DNA from: an uncultured Parabacteroides sp.
GTDB lineage: Bacteria; Bacteroidota; Bacteroidia; Bacteroidales; Tannerellaceae
Length of the DNA: 64,000 nucleotides
Reading direction: 5' to 3'
NCBI GenBank assembly: GCA_900770835.1
Contig: CAAGLQ010000049.1
Location: 728 to 64,727, forward strand
Shown in pieces: positions 62,001 to 64,000 of the stretch. How positions within the stretch are numbered: position 1 is the first letter of the stretch; the number at the start of each line of letters is the position of its first letter. Below the pieces are notes generated by a model that saw only the letters and a list, made by a program, of their open reading frames with translations, was not told where the DNA came from and searched no databases. Made by a program: the position numbers and the translations under genes.

Positions 62001-64000
62001 GGATACCGAGAATAGACTGTTGTCCGAGGAACTGGCGGCGGTAGAGGATTCCCTGCGTAAAACTGCTGGGGCAGACTATGCCATCACCCGAATGCTTCAG
62101 AAGCGTTTGGAGGCGCGTAAACGGTCGTTGGAGGCGAAGGTGAACAAGACGTTGCATGAGATCCGGTCGAAACGGGATGATACGATAGACTTTAGGGATA
62201 TGGGTATTGACCATATCTTTGTTGATGAGAGTCACCATTTTAAGAATCTGGGTTTTACCTCCCGACATACTCGTGTGGCTGGGTTGGGTAACCAGGCGGG
62301 TAGTAAGCAGGCGTTTAACCTGCTGCTGGCGATCCGTGAGATCCAGCATCAAAAAGGGGGTGACCTGGGGGCGACCTTCTTGTCGGGTACGACGATTAGT
62401 AACTCCTTGACGGAGCTGTATAACTTATTCCGTTACTTGCGGCCGGAGGCATTGGCTCGACAACAGATTAACTCGATCGATAGCTGGCTGGCGGTGTATG
62501 CCAAGAAGTCGGCGGAGTATGAGTTCTCCGTGACGAATACGATTATCCAAAAGGAGCGGTTCCGGCAGTTTGTCAAGGTGCCGGAGCTGGCGGCGTTCTA
62601 TAGCGAGGTGACGGACTACCGTACGGCGGAGGGTATCGGCATCGATCGTCCTAAGCAGAACACCGTGTTCTTTCCGATTGAGCCGACGGCGGCGCAGGTG
62701 GACTATACGGCCAAGTTGGTGAAATTTGCGGAGACGAGTGACGCTACGCTGCTTGGGCGGGAGCCGCTGAACGACAATGAGACGGCGGCGAAGATGTTGA
62801 TCGCTACTAACTATGCCAAGAAGATGGCGATCGATATGCGGCTGATCGATCCGGAGGCCTATGCCGACGAGCGGGGTAGTAAGGTGTTTGTCTGTGCGGA
62901 GAAGGTGGGTGAGTATTACCGGAAGTTCAACGAGTGGAAGGGGACCCAGTTTGTGTTCTGCGATGTGGGCACCTATGGCTCGGGTAAGGGCTTCGATCTC
63001 TATTCGGCGCTGAAACAGCTGCTAGTGGAGGAACAGGGTATCCCAGCGGATGAGATCCGCTTTATCCAGCAGTGCTCGACCGAGAAGGCGAAGAAGAAAC
63101 TGATCAGTGACATGAACGAGGGTAAGCTGCGTGTGGTAGTGGGGAGTACCCAGATGCTGGGTACGGGTGTCAACGCCCAGGAACGGGCGGTGGCGGTGCA
63201 TCACCTGGATATCCCGTGGCGTCCCTCGGATCTGGAACAGCGGAACGGTCGTGCGGTACGTAAGGGGAACTGGGTGGCGAAGGAGCATGCGGACAATCAG
63301 GTGGATGTACTTATCTACGCCACGGAACGAACGTTGGATGCCTATAAGTTTAACCTGCTGCAGAATAAACAGCAGTTCATTAACCAGCTGAAGCAGGGCG
63401 AGTATGGCGGTCGTACCATGGACGAGGGGGCTATGGAAGAGGATAACGGCATGAGCTTCGCGGAGTATGTGGCGGTATTGTCGGGTAACAACGACCTGCT
63501 CGAAAAGGCTAAGTTGGATAAGGTGATCAATCGACTGGAGAAAGATAAGGTGGTCTATAACAAGGAGACTTCTCAGTTGGAGCGTAGCTTGGTGTACGAG
63601 GAGCATCAGGTGGTCGAGTATGAGGCGTTGGTGCGGGATATGAAGGCGGATCATGAGTGCTTCATGAGCGCGCCGAAGACGGCGTTTATCTCCAACGAGG
63701 GAGAGGAACTGTCGGGTGTGGAACTAGGGCGCTACCTGAAACAGTTTAGGGGTAGGACGGAGTTGGGCCAAACCGATAAGCGGATGATGGGGCATATGCG
63801 TGGGTTTGAGTATTACGTTGACAGAAATGCGCTGGGTGCTGACTATGGCATAGTGGGCAAGGTGTCGGGGCGACATTATCAGGCCATGAGTAGTATGCCG
63901 ATGGCGTTTGAAATGATTCCGGAGTGGCTTGAACGACAGGGTACAGATCTGCTCTACCGCAGCCAGCAGAATGAGAATGTCTTGGCGAGGAAACGCCAGG
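59017..64000 (+). CDS. N6-adenine DNA methylase / SNF2 helicase fusion (DarB-like; 3' end outside window)
   Basis: Manual translation from ATG 59017: YTGFGGLK; LDPSTGTG; TNIPFG; HEVGAGKT; VDESHHFKN; LSGT; GTGVNAQER; EQRNGR. Confidence 0.92.
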   Translation, partial: MAYNRQVALTSNILAIQTAIQLRREHRKPTDYEKMLLGAYTGFGGLKCVLDTNPVEQWPAYDRILYPFVQNLWQLLVKEASSPMEAQAWKEGVKSSVLTAFYTDPYLIKKMGIGIAQAMGPDLKRFLDPSTGTGRFLHMFDEAGVQGLSMTAVEKDALSGLIAQALNPDADVRIEGLEQFPADRLGSYDLVATNIPFGQIQVFDPLFDKGDELHRLAQKKIHNYFFVKGLDTLREGGVLLFITSAGVLNSPSNAQIRRYLMDHANLIEALPLPTDCFKEESGIEVDTMFVVLQKNTYKKELTQREQWFIETQEVDYERVDQLIDQGAHYQGNNREVYRCPNRYVFERLCELVESPIQDQHYGMYPYVDTDQFGKPCIHYVDNTYDSMVGLDPNEESAYTQIIRLAMERYYDRSLMPVQEVEAVEVKNVLGGELLSLQELFGITADERTQVRSGARTKRSRIRKQPTAALPETQLAEQPIEVDPTEYGAHVCEGLIVAAQDRIGTLVLHSGRYLLQPMEISSGNEERFRGYAELRAAYWKLDDEERLMLMPQPELREGLNRAYDAFVDRFGSLHNGTNMATLALDPAWKEVWTLERMVDGRAEKADIFREPVAFHLDVPEVMTAEEALASSLNLYGRVNMDYMMSVTEKPFDQLRKELWEQVFWSGYDEWVTKEQLQRGNGYDEVDRLARYYADESLTDELTHSIEAVRAAIPKEIPFEEIGISMGERWIEPRIYADFARDWLKATGKMEVRYDEAIDQYAVSFSGVPSAMRELWSVGYSMDVTEIFVNALMDTYPQITMTVGYGRDKKVVVDVERTQMAATKITDVRNLFVEWVGKLPVAERDRLAAMYNRRYNGIMKPHFDGSFQTFPDLSLEQFNYKELYPSQKDAIWMIKQQQGGICDHEVGAGKTMIMCVAAHEMKRLGIVNKPLIIALKANVHDIADTYRRAYPDAKILYPGKDDFAPAKRQELFAQIKNNNWDCIILTHTQFQQIPQSADTENRLLSEELAAVEDSLRKTAGADYAITRMLQKRLEARKRSLEAKVNKTLHEIRSKRDDTIDFRDMGIDHIFVDESHHFKNLGFTSRHTRVAGLGNQAGSKQAFNLLLAIREIQHQKGGDLGATFLSGTTISNSLTELYNLFRYLRPEALARQQINSIDSWLAVYAKKSAEYEFSVTNTIIQKERFRQFVKVPELAAFYSEVTDYRTAEGIGIDRPKQNTVFFPIEPTAAQVDYTAKLVKFAETSDATLLGREPLNDNETAAKMLIATNYAKKMAIDMRLIDPEAYADERGSKVFVCAEKVGEYYRKFNEWKGTQFVFCDVGTYGSGKGFDLYSALKQLLVEEQGIPADEIRFIQQCSTEKAKKKLISDMNEGKLRVVVGSTQMLGTGVNAQERAVAVHHLDIPWRPSDLEQRNGRAVRKGNWVAKEHADNQVDVLIYATERTLDAYKFNLLQNKQQFINQLKQGEYGGRTMDEGAMEEDNGMSFAEYVAVLSGNNDLLEKAKLDKVINRLEKDKVVYNKETSQLERSLVYEEHQVVEYEALVRDMKADHECFMSAPKTAFISNEGEELSGVELGRYLKQFRGRTELGQTDKRMMGHMRGFEYYVDRNALGADYGIVGKVSGRHYQAMSSMPMAFEMIPEWLERQGTDLLYRSQQNENVLARKRQ

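Noticed and set aside
59003..63654. Multiple short ORFs in the track over the last 5 kb
   Set aside because: Shadows of the single methylase/helicase frame starting at 59017.
1..64000. CRISPR array or cas operon linked to the TnpB-like gene
   Set aside because: No regularly spaced direct repeats seen; the gene is bounded by IS605-type ends.
1..64000. Complete DGR, retron or intact group II intron
   Set aside because: No reverse transcriptase ORF (YxDD context) and no TR/VR pair found.

Overview
A 64-kb Bacteroidales (Parabacteroides/Porphyromonadaceae-like) region, mostly + strand genes on a visibly G-rich + strand, with the character of a large accessory region, ICE or plasmid. Contents: a partial GH20 hexosaminidase; an operon of orphan genes; a roughly 20-kb type V pilus (Mfa/Fim-like) locus (OmpA, four tandem major fimbrillins, DUF3575, assembly lipoprotein, minor pilins, LRR protein, a ~1290-aa tip adhesin); a SusC/SusD pair; an abiEi-like gene split by a non-autonomous IS200/IS605 element with a large TnpB; WYL-domain genes; DUF5131; and DUF1896 followed by an N6-methylase/SNF2 helicase running off the end. 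Most notable observations: (1) a perfect 37-bp inverted repeat (30806-30842 / 31737-31773) whose inversion would swap the C-terminal domain of a surface lipoprotein in frame (mini-shufflon), with a group II intron domain V/VI remnant inside the segment and no recombinase in the window; (2) a 10-mer AACRRTAGGG found 20 times by eye on the + strand and not on the - strand, a candidate Chi/KOPS-like motif; (3) a TnpB element with exact ends, a predicted TTTAT TAM and its own promoter for the omega-RNA. All calls are by manual motif recognition; no database searches were run.
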